DNA of 64,000 nucleotides from the NCBI GenBank assembly GCA_963665815.1, contig OY762463.1, positions 1,632,001-1,696,000 on the forward strand, given 5' to 3'. The notes beneath the pieces are model-generated. The model saw only the letters and a program-made list of their open reading frames with translations, was not told the DNA's origin and ran no database searches. This DNA is from Candidatus Cloacimonadales bacterium. GTDB taxonomy: Bacteria; Cloacimonadota; Cloacimonadia; Cloacimonadales; JAIOQZ01. Position numbers and translations under genes: made by a program. This document shows, in pieces, positions 10,410-21,561 of this stretch (position 1 is its first letter; the number at the start of each line of letters is the position of its first letter).

Positions 10410-11177
10410 TTACCCAAAATGCTTTGTAATTGCCTGAACACCTTTCTGCAGGATTTCTCTCAGTTGTAATTGTTTTTCGGAATCCACTTCTCCTGTCCAT
10501 TCATCCATAAAAGTTTTCTTAAACTCAATTGCCAGACACATTGCGTTATCGGGATAAAAATGATTAATCCAACGAGGGAAATATCCGCCGGGGAACTTCA
10601 CATTTACCCTGGCATCAATCTTATGGTCATCATAAGTCTCTTCCAGCATAGCTTGCTGGAATTCTTTCACGATAGGAAACCACTTCTCATCAAGATTGCT
10701 TGTTCCAATAATTATTTCAGGGTTCTTTTCAGGATCATCATATTCCTGCCCCGGTCCTAACCTGTGATGATTATAAGAATGTATATCCAGCACCAGAAAT
10801 TTACCGAACCTTTTCCTCATCTCATCCAGATGATACTTGATTCCTTTATAGAAATCGTCATATATCGCAAGGCTTGCCTGTACCTGTTCTTCTGAGGGTT
10901 GGACTTTTCTGACAGTCATACCCCAGGCATCCTCCGGTTTTATATAGACAGCTCTGTCTCGAGGTCTGTTTAGATCGGTTTCAAAACGACTGAACTCGGC
11001 AATAACCGTATTCTTGCATATTTCTGTAAAAAAAGCTGTAAACGGATCTTCTTCTCTGAGCTGATCAGCATCGGAAATACCCAGATTAGCTTTTGTTAAT
11101 TCGTTGAGTTTATGGCCGTTATGCACGGCAGTACATATAAAGGGTTCCTGATATGTAAATGTTGATATTGCAGACAT
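10410..11177 (-). CDS. N-formylglutamate amidohydrolase family protein
   Basis: AVHNGH, REEDPFT, SRF..DLNR, LDIHSY, FPGGY and LAIEF motifs. Confidence 0.88.
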   Translation of the reverse strand: MSAISTFTYQEPFICTAVHNGHKLNELTKANLGISDADQLREEDPFTAFFTEICKNTVIAEFSRFETDLNRPRDRAVYIKPEDAWGMTVRKVQPSEEQVQASLAIYDDFYKGIKYHLDEMRKRFGKFLVLDIHSYNHHRLGPGQEYDDPEKNPEIIIGTSNLDEKWFPIVKEFQQAMLEETYDDHKIDARVNVKFPGGYFPRWINHFYPDNAMCLAIEFKKTFMDEWTGEVDSEKQLQLREILQKGVQAITKHFG

Positions 11178-11335
11178 AGTTCATCCTTTCTTACTATTAA
11201 TGCTTTGATGGATTTTTTTTATAATATGATAAATGGCAAGATTTTTATTATTAATTCACAAAAATAAGTTTACTTGATTGTTAGACCCCACTGAACTGTT
11301 CTTCATTATGGGTTCAGATCTTCTAAAAACGGTTC

Positions 11336-11512
11336 CGCTCCTGACGGAGCAACTAACCTATTGAATTATTTGTAGACGTTACCAAAAGTTAAAATATTAT
11401 AGATATTGTACAAAGCACTATTATCTGTTTTTATCCACAAGCCTGCTCCGGAGGAGCTATATGTTTGTAGCAATCTTTAACACAAAAAGACATATTAACT
11501 CCGTAGGAGTGA
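11336..11512. repeat. REP-like palindromic cluster (CTCC-N3-5-GGAG units)
   Basis: GCTCCTGACGGAGC, GCTCCGGAGGAGC and AACTCCGTAGGAGTGA; the last 16-mer recurs exactly at 28689-28704. Confidence 0.6.
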
Positions 11513-11649
11513 CCCTTTTAATCAGCCCAATTAAACAAATATTTTTCATTATATTCAATATCAAATTTGTTTAAGAACTCTATATATTCCTGTCTAAATG
11601 TTTTCCTTTCATTTTGAGGTAGAAAAATCATTTTATTGCTTTTGTTCTA

Positions 11650-12357
11650 CTAATCAATATCCATTACTTCCACAGCAAATTGAGTATGACCATTATGGCA
11701 ATACTTGTCTATTAAGTATACTTTATCGCCCTGTTGATTTGCATATGCATAAACATAATCCGGATATTCTACCATTCCTGATTCCTGCCCTGTCTTAACC
11801 AGAAATTTACTTATAGGTTCACTTTCAATTAAATCATATGTATGATAATCATAAACATAGAAACCGGGACGAAAGTATCCTCCGAAACTTAGACTGGTAA
11901 TTAATATTTTACCGACATCCCCAGTACAGTCTAAGCTATATATACCCGGATTACTTATCATACCAACCTGTTGCATATCTGTTTCTTCTGAATCTGATAA
12001 GCTTATCACGTATCCACCAGGTAAAATAGCTTTTTCCCCGGACTCAGGAATATACATTTTGTTCAAGTCAGAGGGAAACTCACCATGATACTGCCATTCA
12101 TATAGGAATTTTGCAGGACCATTACTGATGTCATATTTATTCAGGTGTCGAGGAGAATATATTGTACTGAATGAGTAAATACTGTTTCCCGAAGGATGAA
12201 TATACAGATTTGATCTGGTTCTGAATTCAAAATCACTCAAAACAACCTGTTCACTTGCCAGGTCTATGGACATTAACAAATCATCCTCTCCATCATCTGC
12301 AGAAGCGTAAGCCCATCCATTTGAGGACATTACAAGCCTCCATGGTTTTAAGGGCAA
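11650..12357 (-). pseudogene. Probable 5'-truncated beta-propeller-like protein fragment
   Basis: 235-aa frame with a TTG start, no clear SD or signal peptide, in-frame TGA 15 codons upstream; beta-rich, propeller-like sequence. Confidence 0.4.
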
Positions 12358-12832
12358 TGTATAATCATTTAATACAAACCATTTATTAACATGTCCACTT
12401 CAGATCAGAGTCATATTTTTTTACATTTTGTTGATTATAAAAACTATGAGTCAAGTAAATTTTCATGACTTTGCTCCCTGTTCTTTTAAAGTCTTTTTTC
12501 AAAATATCCGGAAGTTGTTTTCAGCAGACATTCCAGAAAAATGTTCTACCTGATAAATTCATGAGGGAGAGTTTTGACCTCAATCAGATCGAGTGTATTG
12601 ATCATGAAATTATATATAATATTTAAACTATCCATAATCTTATACCACAAATCATAAGTCTTTTCTTAACATTTTATGGTGGTAAAACATTCTAAAATAG
12701 TCAGTCTACATCACAATTCTATTTAGTTTCTATGAATTCCTGAAAAATTATTTACAGACTATAATATAGAAAATGTACATTATTATGACATTATGGTTTG
12801 TTTGGGGAAAATATATTAAGTGGTCAGAAAAA

Positions 12833-12908
12833 TGGGGTGGCTGATGGGACTCGAACCCACAACGCCTGGAACCACAATCCAGTGCTCTACCATTGAACTA
12901 CAACCACC
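12833..12908 (-). tRNA. tRNA-His (GTG), G-1 and CCA encoded
   Basis: GGTGGTTGTAGTTCAATGGTAGAGCACTGGATTGTGGTTCCAG...GGTTCGAGTCCCATCAGCCACCCCA. Confidence 0.97.
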
Positions 12909-12917
12909 ATTGAAAAA

Positions 12918-12994
<77 letters not shown>

Positions 12995-13035
12995 GCTTAT
13001 CAAAAAAAACTGCTCGCCTTTAACGACAAGCTCTA

Positions 13036-13112
13036 TGGTAGCGGCGCAGGGACTCGAACCCCGGACACTCGGATTATGATTCCGATGCTCTAACCAACTG
13101 AGCTACGCCGCC
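13036..13112 (-). tRNA. tRNA with CAT anticodon, probably elongator Met
   Basis: GGCGGCGTAGCTCAG...TCGGAATCATAATCCGA...CGCCGCTACCA; lacks initiator signatures. Ile2 is not fully excluded. Confidence 0.9.
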
Positions 13113-13126
13113 GCGTATTTAATAAA

Positions 13127-13203
<77 letters not shown>

Positions 13204-13313
13204 ATGACTTCGCCCATATTTCTTTTGCCGATTTTTGTGTCAAGAAAAAATCGAAAATAATTTCGCTTGACGAATAACCATTCATTTGAAATACTAAATT
13301 TTTGAGGAAAAGA

Positions 13314-14810
13314 ATGTTTAGCGAAATAATTATAAATGTACATCCGTTTGAAAAACGGGTAGCCATCCTGGAAGACCATAAGTTGGTTGAGCTGTTTGTA
13401 GAAAAGAAACAGCAGGAGAATATTGTTGGTAATATCTATAAAGGTATTATCAAAGACATACTCCCTGGGATGGGTGCGGCCTTTGTAGATATAGGACTCG
13501 AAAGAACAGCATTCCTGCATTTCTCAGATATCGCTCCGGAATATCTTGATGGTTTCCATAATAAAAAACGTCAGAAAGGTAACGGTAGCGAAACGATTGC
13601 AAAATTCCTGAAAGAAGGTCAGGAAATTGTTGTCCAGATACAGAAAGGTCCTATAGGTAAAAAAGGAGCACGTCTTACGGGACAAATTTCTATTCCAGGA
13701 AAATTCCTGGTGTACTTCCCTAATAAGAAAAAGGTAGCTCTTTCCCGTAAGATTTCTTCGCACGCAGAAAGAAACAGAATAAAGGGAATAATTAATAAAG
13801 TTAAACATGATAATGTCGGTCTTATTATAAGAACTGATGCCGATGGAAACTCCGAAGAAGAATTCAAAGCTGAATATGACGGACTTCATAAAACCTGGAA
13901 GTTTATTGAAAAACAGACAAAGTATGAAGTCGCTCCCAGTTGCCTATACTCGGAAGGTAATCTTTTCAGTACTCTCATCAGAGACTTATTCAGCACTAAT
14001 ATAGATAGGCTTATTGTTGATGATAAACTTTTTAAATCTCAACTTGTTTCCAGCCTGAGAGCTGCTGCTCCTGAGCTGGTTAACAAAATGGAGCTATACT
14101 CTGAGGATTCTCCTATTTTTGATGCCTATGGAATTGAAAAAGAGATAAAGAGTATGTTTAATGCACGGTGTAATCTGCCAAGTGGTGGAAATATCGTGAT
14201 TGAACAGACCGAAGCACTATGTGCTATTGATATCAACACAGGAAGTTTTACAGGCTCCAGAAATTATCAGGAGACTGTGCGCAGAACTAATGTTGAAGCG
14301 GCGGCAGAAGCTGCCAGACAGATTCGACTCAGGAATCTGAGTGGGATAATGGTAATAGATTTCATAGATATGCTTGACGAAAATAATAAGAATGAAGTTT
14401 TGGAAACATTAAGAGCTATCCTCAAGAGGGATAGAGCTAAAAATAAAGTCTTTCCTTTCGGACCTCTCGGCCTGGTGCATATTACCAGAAAGAGAACAAG
14501 ACAAAATCTGCTGGTCTCTTATTCAGAGCACTGTCCATGCTGTAAGGGAACCGGTAGAGTAATGGCACGCGATTCTGTTGCCATGCAGATATACAGATGG
14601 CTGAGCAGATCGGAGTATTTTATCAGAAACACTCCCCTGCGAATCGTTGTCCACCCGAATGTGAAAGCATTTCTAGATAAAAACCCTACATATTTCATCG
14701 ATATTCCTAACGATATATTTATTGTTTCAGAGGAAGACTTTAAACCCGATCAGTACAAGATCTTCAATAATCGAAATAATAAAGAAATTACAGCGAAATT
14801 TTCTACTTAG
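13314..14810 (+). CDS. Rne/Rng family ribonuclease
   Basis: VGNIYKG S1 domain, AAFVDIG, KGARLT, IDINTG, LRNLSG.MVIDFIDM, CPCCKGTG. ATG at 13314 follows a GAGG SD. Confidence 0.93.
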   Translation: MFSEIIINVHPFEKRVAILEDHKLVELFVEKKQQENIVGNIYKGIIKDILPGMGAAFVDIGLERTAFLHFSDIAPEYLDGFHNKKRQKGNGSETIAKFLKEGQEIVVQIQKGPIGKKGARLTGQISIPGKFLVYFPNKKKVALSRKISSHAERNRIKGIINKVKHDNVGLIIRTDADGNSEEEFKAEYDGLHKTWKFIEKQTKYEVAPSCLYSEGNLFSTLIRDLFSTNIDRLIVDDKLFKSQLVSSLRAAAPELVNKMELYSEDSPIFDAYGIEKEIKSMFNARCNLPSGGNIVIEQTEALCAIDINTGSFTGSRNYQETVRRTNVEAAAEAARQIRLRNLSGIMVIDFIDMLDENNKNEVLETLRAILKRDRAKNKVFPFGPLGLVHITRKRTRQNLLVSYSEHCPCCKGTGRVMARDSVAMQIYRWLSRSEYFIRNTPLRIVVHPNVKAFLDKNPTYFIDIPNDIFIVSEEDFKPDQYKIFNNRNNKEITAKFST

Positions 14811-14992
14811 GCTTACCGACATGAAAATGTCTCGGATTCAGTGATCAAGCCAAATACTGTATGTTCGTTAGTTAAAAATGATATATGAAGGATAAATAGT
14901 GACAATAGAATTAGATAATTGCTTGACAATCAGTCTAAAGGAAAATTTATTGTCTACTTTATATGTGAATGTAAGCACTAAAGGAGATAGAA

Positions 14993-15307
14993 ATGTTTGC
15001 AATAGTTGGATTTAAAGGACACCAGTTCAGAGCTGAAAAAGGCAAATCCATCAAAGTTCCTTTCCTTGGCGACATGGAAGAAGGAAAATCATTTGAGATT
15101 TCAGATGTTCTGATGCTCAAAGATGATGCAGATGTGATAGTCGGACGTCCAACTGTAGCTAATGCTAAAGTTGTGGCTGAAGTTGTTGCTCATAAAAAAG
15201 ATAAAAAGATAATTGTATTTAAGAAGAAACGCAGAAAAGGTTATCGTGTGAAAAACGGTCACCGTCAGAATTTTACAGAAATCAAAATTACTGATATTGT
15301 GAAATAG
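14993..15307 (+). CDS. rplU: 50S ribosomal protein L21
   Basis: [21 protein letters not shown] motif. Confidence 0.98.
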   Translation: MFAIVGFKGHQFRAEKGKSIKVPFLGDMEEGKSFEISDVLMLKDDADVIVGRPTVANAKVVAEVVAHKKDKKIIVFKKKRRKGYRVKNGHRQNFTEIKITDIVK

Positions 15308-15323
15308 GTACAAAGGAAGTATT

Positions 15324-15584
15324 ATGGCTCATAAAAAAGGTGTTGGTAGTAGTAAAAACGGTCGGGACAGTAATCCGCAATATCTTGGTGTCAAAAGATA
15401 TGATGGCGAATACGTACTTGCTGGAAATATCCTTGTAAGACAAAGAGGATCCAAAATAAAGCAAGGTAAAAACGTTGGTGTTGGAAGAGATTATACCATT
15501 TTCAGTTTAATCAACGGATACGTAAAGTTTGAAACTAAAGCAGCTGGCAGAAAATTTGCCAATGTGTATCCCGATAAAGTATAA
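15324..15584 (+). CDS. rpmA: 50S ribosomal protein L27
   Basis: [17 protein letters not shown]-terminus, ILVRQRG motif. Confidence 0.98.
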   Translation: MAHKKGVGSSKNGRDSNPQYLGVKRYDGEYVLAGNILVRQRGSKIKQGKNVGVGRDYTIFSLINGYVKFETKAAGRKFANVYPDKV

Positions 15585-15603
15585 TTTTAAAAAAAATCAT
15601 GTG

Positions 15604-15630
15604 AAGGCAGTTCTAACTGCCTTTTTTTTT
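15604..15630 (+). terminator. Intrinsic terminator after rpmA
   Basis: AAGGCAGTT-CT-AACTGCCTT followed by a T-run. Confidence 0.85.
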
Positions 15631-15696
15631 ATGCTGAATTTTCTGGAATATTATAATAAATCAATACACAAAACATCATGGAGGTAGGTACAAATC

Positions 15697-17349
15697 ATGA
15701 CTTGTAATGAATTTGTAACTAATGTAAGTACATTGATTGAAAAACATCATAATGTGCTTGAAAATGTCTCAAGGAATACTCTCATACAAGAGAGTATTGA
15801 CAACGGCGAAACCATGGTTTCTAAGAATGGGTCATTAGTCACCTGGACGCCTAAAGAATCAACCGGCAGAAGCCCTAAGGATACATATATTGTATCTCAT
15901 GAAGAATCTAAAGGTACAATTGACTGGGATTCTCCTAATAACATCGCTCTTAGCCCTGAAACATTTGATTTGCTGTTTGAGGATGCTTTAGACACGTTAT
16001 CTAAAAAAAACAAGATATACGTGACTGATCGTGTTATCGGTGCTGATGTAAAGTATGCTCTGCCTACAAAAACCATTACTGACAAAGCTGTTAGCGCATT
16101 ATTCACTGACAATATGTTCAGACCGGTTCATGAGGATATCAACAAAAGCGTATTCCATAACAATGGTTTTACTCTTATTCTCGTTCCGGATGATAAACTC
16201 AATGCAGATAAGTATTGCGGTCGTCTCAGAGAATGCAAACCGGGTCAGACATCAAACATGGCAATAGCTATTGATTTTGACAGAAGAATCGGTATTGTAT
16301 ACGGTTCTCAGTACTGCGGCAGTGCTAAAAAACTAATGTTTACAGTAATGAACTATTACCTTCCTGATGTTGGTGTTCTGCCTTTACATTGTTCAGCAAA
16401 TGAAGGCAAGAATCAGGATTCAGCATTATTACTCGGTCTATCCGGAACAGGAAAAACTACCCTCTCAGCAGATCCAAACAGAGCTCTTCTTGGTGATGAT
16501 GAGCATGGATGGAGCGATGATGGTATCGCGAACTTCGAAAATGGATGTTATGCAAAACTTATTAATCTTAATAAGGAAAAAGAACCTGAAATTTACAATG
16601 CTGTTTTCCATGACGATGATTACCTCAATCATGGTTCAATTGTTGAAAACTGTATGATGTATCCTGACGGAACATTCGATCTCGATGATGAACGAATCAC
16701 CCCTAACTCCAGAGGATCATACCCACTGGAATTCTTATCTAACATCAAACCGGAATCTGTCGCAGGACATCCTAAGACAATACTGTTCCTCACTGCTGAT
16801 GCGAATGGGGTTATCCCTCCAATATCCAGATTGAATGCGGATCAGGCTATGCTCTGGTTCCTCATGGGATACACAAGTAAACTCGCCGGAACTGAAACAG
16901 GTATTACAGAACCGGTATCAACTTTCTCAAGATTCTTTGGCGAACCTTTCATGCCGCGTAATCCTGATGTTTATGCTAACATGCTTGGTGAAAAGATGAA
17001 AGAATTTGGTACTAAGGTTTATCTTGTGAATACAGGCTGGAGTCACGGACCATACGGTGTTGGTTCCAGAATGGATATAAACCTGACAAGAACTCTTGTA
17101 AATTGCGCTCTTGACGGTACACTTGAAAAAGCTGAATATACTAAAGATGATATCTTCCATCTTGAAGTTCCTGTAAAATTACCGGGAATAGACTCTGATG
17201 TTCTTATTCCAAGAAATACCTGGCAGGATGAAGATGCTTTTGACAAGAGAGCAGCAAAACTTGCAGAAGATTTCGCAAAACATTTCGATAAAGCATATGG
17301 CAATAAAAACCTCGGTGAAAACATCGAGAAACAATGCCCGGGTAAATAA
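15697..17349 (+). CDS. pckA: Phosphoenolpyruvate carboxykinase (ATP)
   Basis: TGRSPKD, LHCSAN, GLSGTGKTTLS, GDDEHGW and FENGCYAK motifs. Confidence 0.97.
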   Translation: MTCNEFVTNVSTLIEKHHNVLENVSRNTLIQESIDNGETMVSKNGSLVTWTPKESTGRSPKDTYIVSHEESKGTIDWDSPNNIALSPETFDLLFEDALDTLSKKNKIYVTDRVIGADVKYALPTKTITDKAVSALFTDNMFRPVHEDINKSVFHNNGFTLILVPDDKLNADKYCGRLRECKPGQTSNMAIAIDFDRRIGIVYGSQYCGSAKKLMFTVMNYYLPDVGVLPLHCSANEGKNQDSALLLGLSGTGKTTLSADPNRALLGDDEHGWSDDGIANFENGCYAKLINLNKEKEPEIYNAVFHDDDYLNHGSIVENCMMYPDGTFDLDDERITPNSRGSYPLEFLSNIKPESVAGHPKTILFLTADANGVIPPISRLNADQAMLWFLMGYTSKLAGTETGITEPVSTFSRFFGEPFMPRNPDVYANMLGEKMKEFGTKVYLVNTGWSHGPYGVGSRMDINLTRTLVNCALDGTLEKAEYTKDDIFHLEVPVKLPGIDSDVLIPRNTWQDEDAFDKRAAKLAEDFAKHFDKAYGNKNLGENIEKQCPGK

Positions 17350-17358
17350 ATAAACTTT

Positions 17359-17385
17359 GGCTGCTGATTCTTCGGCAGCCTTTTT
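17359..17385 (+). terminator. Intrinsic terminator after pckA
   Basis: GGCTGCTGA...TCGGCAGCC followed by TTTTT. Confidence 0.8.
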
Positions 17386-17393
17386 CTTCTATT

Positions 17394-18116
17394 ATGTTTG
17401 ACTACGGTATCATCGATTCACATATCCACCTGACAAATAAAAGAGTTATATCTAACTTCTCAGAGTCCATTTCCTTGGCTTTAGACAAGAATATTACAGG
17501 ATTTATCGGTTGTGCATTAACGAAATCGGATATTCAGTTGTATTCAGAACTTAAAGATACAAAGCTGCATTATACTGCAGGATTTCATCCTTACGAGAAA
17601 ACTGATGATTCTCTTACATTTGATAACATAGTAAAGTTATGCGATCAAAAGAAAATCTGCGGAATTGGAGAAATTGGTCTGGACAAAAGAAACTCTGACC
17701 TCGAATCACAAGTCAGTCTATTCAAAACACAACTTGATATTGCGAAACAATACAATCTACCTGTTGTAATTCACTGTGTAAAAAGCTATTATGAGATACT
17801 TAAGATTATCAAGCAGGACTTTCCGTCAATACGAGGATATTTCCATAGTTTTGGCGGATCTACAGATGTTATTGATAATGTATTAAAGACTAACCTGATG
17901 ATGAGTACCGGCAACAATACTCTCGCTAAGAAAAAAGTACTGCCTGAGATCATCAAGTCAGGAAGATACATTTTCGAGTCTGATGCTCCGTTTACGAACG
18001 GTTTTTACTCAACTCCGCATATTCTGAAGGTTAATGAGATAATAAATGCTGTACAGGAAGACAGAGACAAGCTAATTGAGATTCAGTACAAAAATATCTG
18101 CGAGGTATACAAATAG
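17394..18116 (+). CDS. tatD: TatD family hydrolase
   Basis: IDSHIH, GFHP, IGEIGLD, VVIHC and ESDAP motifs. Confidence 0.9.
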   Translation: MFDYGIIDSHIHLTNKRVISNFSESISLALDKNITGFIGCALTKSDIQLYSELKDTKLHYTAGFHPYEKTDDSLTFDNIVKLCDQKKICGIGEIGLDKRNSDLESQVSLFKTQLDIAKQYNLPVVIHCVKSYYEILKIIKQDFPSIRGYFHSFGGSTDVIDNVLKTNLMMSTGNNTLAKKKVLPEIIKSGRYIFESDAPFTNGFYSTPHILKVNEIINAVQEDRDKLIEIQYKNICEVYK

Positions 18117-18844
18117 TGGATCAGTTTCACAGATTAACTCTTATCTATGGTGAAGACTACGTCAGAAGGATTGCTGAAAAACGCGTGGTAATTATCGGTC
18201 TGGGCGGTGTTGGTTCTTACGCTGCCGAAATTCTGGTTAGAAGCGGATTCAGTAATATCCTGCTTGTAGACTTTGATAAGGTCAAGGTGACGAACCTTAA
18301 CAGGCAGATAATCGCTCTTCACAGCACAATTGGTAAACAGAAAACCGAAGTGATGCAGGAAAGAATGCTGGATATAAATCCGGAAGCGAACATAGAAATT
18401 ATGACGGATTTCTGCTCTGACGAAACAATGCCTGATATCCTCAAAGATGCTGATTTTGTGATTGATGCCATAGACAGCGTTGTACCTAAGACAAACCTGA
18501 TTGTTAAACTGCACACTGAGAAAATACCGTTTATCTCTGTAATGGGAGCAGGTGGAAAAACCGATCCATCCAAAATTGCACAGGCAGATCTGTTTAAAAC
18601 CCAGAACTGCGCCTTAGCGAGAAGAATCCGCAAATACCTGCGACGACGCGGTATAAAGAGTAAGGTTCCGGTGATATACTCCTCAGAAGTAACAACTCTG
18701 CATTCCCATGAAATGGAAGATCAGGAGAGGACATCCACGCGGGGACGCTCCCGTAACCTGATCAGTTCTGTTGCCTATTTACCGGCTATTATGGGCTGCT
18801 GGGCAGCGGGATATGTGCTGGAGTTTTTTAGAGAGCAAGATTAG
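18116..18844 (+). CDS. tcdA: tRNA threonylcarbamoyladenosine dehydratase (ThiF/E1-like)
   Basis: GLGGVGS, TNLNRQ, VIDAID, MGAGGK.DP and LARRIRK.LR motifs. Confidence 0.85.
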   Translation: MDQFHRLTLIYGEDYVRRIAEKRVVIIGLGGVGSYAAEILVRSGFSNILLVDFDKVKVTNLNRQIIALHSTIGKQKTEVMQERMLDINPEANIEIMTDFCSDETMPDILKDADFVIDAIDSVVPKTNLIVKLHTEKIPFISVMGAGGKTDPSKIAQADLFKTQNCALARRIRKYLRRRGIKSKVPVIYSSEVTTLHSHEMEDQERTSTRGRSRNLISSVAYLPAIMGCWAAGYVLEFFREQD

Positions 18845-19520
18845 TTTTCTCCCTCAAATACTCCTCCAACTTCTCAACACGTTCCGTTCTTCCTCTGCGT
18901 CTGTTAGCGTTAATCATAAACTCAATGGGTGGTACTTTAATTGTATAACCATTCCATTGTATAGTCTGCAGTTGGTTTAAGGCTGTTGGGCCACAATCAA
19001 CCGGATCAGGATCGTCTATTGCAGGGCTGGGATCAGATGCCAGGTCAATTCTGCCATGCAGGAACAACACTCCAAAGTCTTTCGTTACCCATCCACCGGT
19101 ATCAAGTAAAGGTTCTATAAAATATTCAGAGAACACTTCCCGGAATCTATCAATATCTTTGCTGTCGAACATAATGTCCACATCGTGCGGATTGAAATCT
19201 ATTCCTCTTATACAGGCAGAGCAGGATCCGGTCAACCACCAGTCGAGATTGTTCTCTTTGGTTATCCGGCAGAATTCCAGAAGAGCTTTTTCCCATTTAA
19301 CTTCGGTAAAGTAACCAAGCTGATCGTGCATTTCCAGTACGTGGTTTTCAAAGTTCCTTATCACGGAATCTATGTCAGGAGCATCTTCAGAATATTCCTT
19401 ATAGTATACATTGTCATCTTTATGGTAAAAACACATCTCAAGAACCGGGAAATACTTTGTTTCAACATCATACAGCTCAAAACGATACAGAGATCCTGAT
19501 TTTATAATTCTTTTTTTCAC
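18828..19520 (-). CDS. Nucleotidyltransferase-fold protein
   Basis: WWLTGS...RGI...PHDVDI, a GS...DxD NTase signature. Confidence 0.7.
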   Translation of the reverse strand: MKKRIIKSGSLYRFELYDVETKYFPVLEMCFYHKDDNVYYKEYSEDAPDIDSVIRNFENHVLEMHDQLGYFTEVKWEKALLEFCRITKENNLDWWLTGSCSACIRGIDFNPHDVDIMFDSKDIDRFREVFSEYFIEPLLDTGGWVTKDFGVLFLHGRIDLASDPSPAIDDPDPVDCGPTALNQLQTIQWNGYTIKVPPIEFMINANRRRGRTERVEKLEEYLREKTNLAL

Positions 19521-19612
19521 AATTCCTCCAATGTGCTTAGTTTCGAAATACGATGTCTGGAGTCAAAAGCTTGTATGTCTCTACTACTAATTGCACATTT
19601 TCAACTTACAAA

Positions 19613-21553
19613 TCACTTCAGCATTATACACTTTTTAAGGATTGATTCTCCTTTTGCAGGTGTAATCTTATAGAAGTACACTCCTGAACCTACGCCATTA
19701 CCATTATTATCATCTCCATTCCAAATAACTTCATGTGGTCCTTTTCTCATTGATTTATTGAGAAGATTCTTAACCTTTTGTCCCTTGATATTGTAGATAC
19801 TTACATTGATATTCTGTTCTTCGGTAATTGAGAAACTTATTGTCGTTCTGGGGTTAAATGGATTAGGATAGTTACAGACATTATTAACAAGTTCAAGCGT
19901 AACATCATCGTTATCTATAGCACCATCCAGGGCTATTGCATCCAGAATAACTATATCATTATCGTAGCCTATTTTGTGCCAGGCAATTCGGATATGCTCA
20001 CCGGTGTAAGAAGCCAAATCTACTGCAACGTGTTCCCAGTCAAGAGTACTGAGGTTGTCTTCTTCGGCATGCCAGACTTCAGTCCAGTTATCACCATCGT
20101 CAGTTGTAACTTTTACGGTGTAGTCTGTATGATCCATTAATCCTGAATTATAGCATGTCCAGAATTCCAGATACCCGTTCAGTCGTTCATCAATAATAAG
20201 AGTTGGAGAAATCAGCCATTCATCCTGATAATCACTTAAATCCACGTAAGGGCAAAATGCTGAGTATATATTGAAAGGATCGTATTCAGAGAATGAATAC
20301 CCCTGAATGTTACCAGGTTGCCAGGTGAAACTGTTATGAGTGTTATCCAACATCCACCATTTAGGCGGGAACCTTACCTGATCGAAATCCTGTCTGAAGT
20401 TAGTGTTCACTATTCTCGGAACAGCAATGATTCTTGAAATTTCTACCGTATCAATTGTTGAATAAAGTGTAATTCTGATCTCTTCCTGAGAATTCTGCTG
20501 AGGATTGGAAGCGTAGATAGCCCATTTACAACCACTTATTTCACCAGTGGAAATCATTTCAGGGCTCATAGTTTGAGTAGCAGTGGAATTAGCAAATCTC
20601 AAATTCTCAGACAATTCCATAACGGCATACATTGTATCAGCCGGCACATTATGATTATTCCTTGCAAACATCTGAACTGTTACAGACGCAGGAAGAATGT
20701 CTTCGTAGTTCTGTTCGAAATTATCCAACGTTGAAACAGAGAGATCAATACTATCATTTAAAGTAGTAATATTCCCGAGTCCAATATACTGCCCGAATGT
20801 ATTTTTATCATCTACATCATAAGTTTCAACATTCCATCTCATAAACAGTCCGGGAGAAGTGATAGGTACAACCTGATCCGTTTCCATATCCCAGACAACA
20901 TTAGAAAGAGTATCTGAGTTACCGAAAATCACCATACTTGGAGCAGTTGCCTCAAGACCGTTGGTGATTGTCTGAAATACTGTACCATCCGTAATGATAT
21001 CATCATTTTCGTACATCTGTATAACCTGAGGAATCACATGACCGGAAAGTTCAAGAGTAGAACTGATCTGTTGCCCGTTCCCCCAGAACGATCTCGTCCC
21101 GGTACCGGGACATTGCGGAGCATAAAAATGAGCAATTCCTATATCATGTATAATCTGGTCCTGATTATCAATCTCATATCTTAGAGTAACAAAATGCGAG
21201 TTAATGAAATCTTGAAACTCCAGAATCTGTTTGATTTCCACATCCCCAATCTCATATACAGTTTCTATCCGATCCGAATATTCGCTCACACTATAGGGAA
21301 TCAATGCAGTAACGTTTGTCAATGCATCGGAATTGGAGTAAAAATTATCATCGAGAGATACAATAAAATGTGTATTAAATGTATCAGGATATCCGGAAAT
21401 AACAGAGTTACCTGAGGCATCCCCTATGTTAAACATACCCGTTGTATCATCTACAACAACCGTGAAGTGCGAATTATTGATTGAATAATCTTCTGCTGCC
21501 AGACTACAGAGCAGACCTAATACAGCAACAAGGATAAATACCGGCTTATACAT
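19613..21553 (-). CDS. Secreted protein with cleaved-adhesin/choice-of-anchor-J-like domain and FlgD-Ig C-terminal sorting domain
   Basis: Signal peptide; QDEWLISP...VDLASYTGEHIRIAW; C-terminal NYPNPFNPRTTISF...IYNIKGQKV...W.G.D..G..V.SGVYFY. Confidence 0.8.
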   Translation of the reverse strand: MYKPVFILVAVLGLLCSLAAEDYSINNSHFTVVVDDTTGMFNIGDASGNSVISGYPDTFNTHFIVSLDDNFYSNSDALTNVTALIPYSVSEYSDRIETVYEIGDVEIKQILEFQDFINSHFVTLRYEIDNQDQIIHDIGIAHFYAPQCPGTGTRSFWGNGQQISSTLELSGHVIPQVIQMYENDDIITDGTVFQTITNGLEATAPSMVIFGNSDTLSNVVWDMETDQVVPITSPGLFMRWNVETYDVDDKNTFGQYIGLGNITTLNDSIDLSVSTLDNFEQNYEDILPASVTVQMFARNNHNVPADTMYAVMELSENLRFANSTATQTMSPEMISTGEISGCKWAIYASNPQQNSQEEIRITLYSTIDTVEISRIIAVPRIVNTNFRQDFDQVRFPPKWWMLDNTHNSFTWQPGNIQGYSFSEYDPFNIYSAFCPYVDLSDYQDEWLISPTLIIDERLNGYLEFWTCYNSGLMDHTDYTVKVTTDDGDNWTEVWHAEEDNLSTLDWEHVAVDLASYTGEHIRIAWHKIGYDNDIVILDAIALDGAIDNDDVTLELVNNVCNYPNPFNPRTTISFSITEEQNINVSIYNIKGQKVKNLLNKSMRKGPHEVIWNGDDNNGNGVGSGVYFYKITPAKGESILKKCIMLK

Positions 21554-21561
21554 AAAACCTC

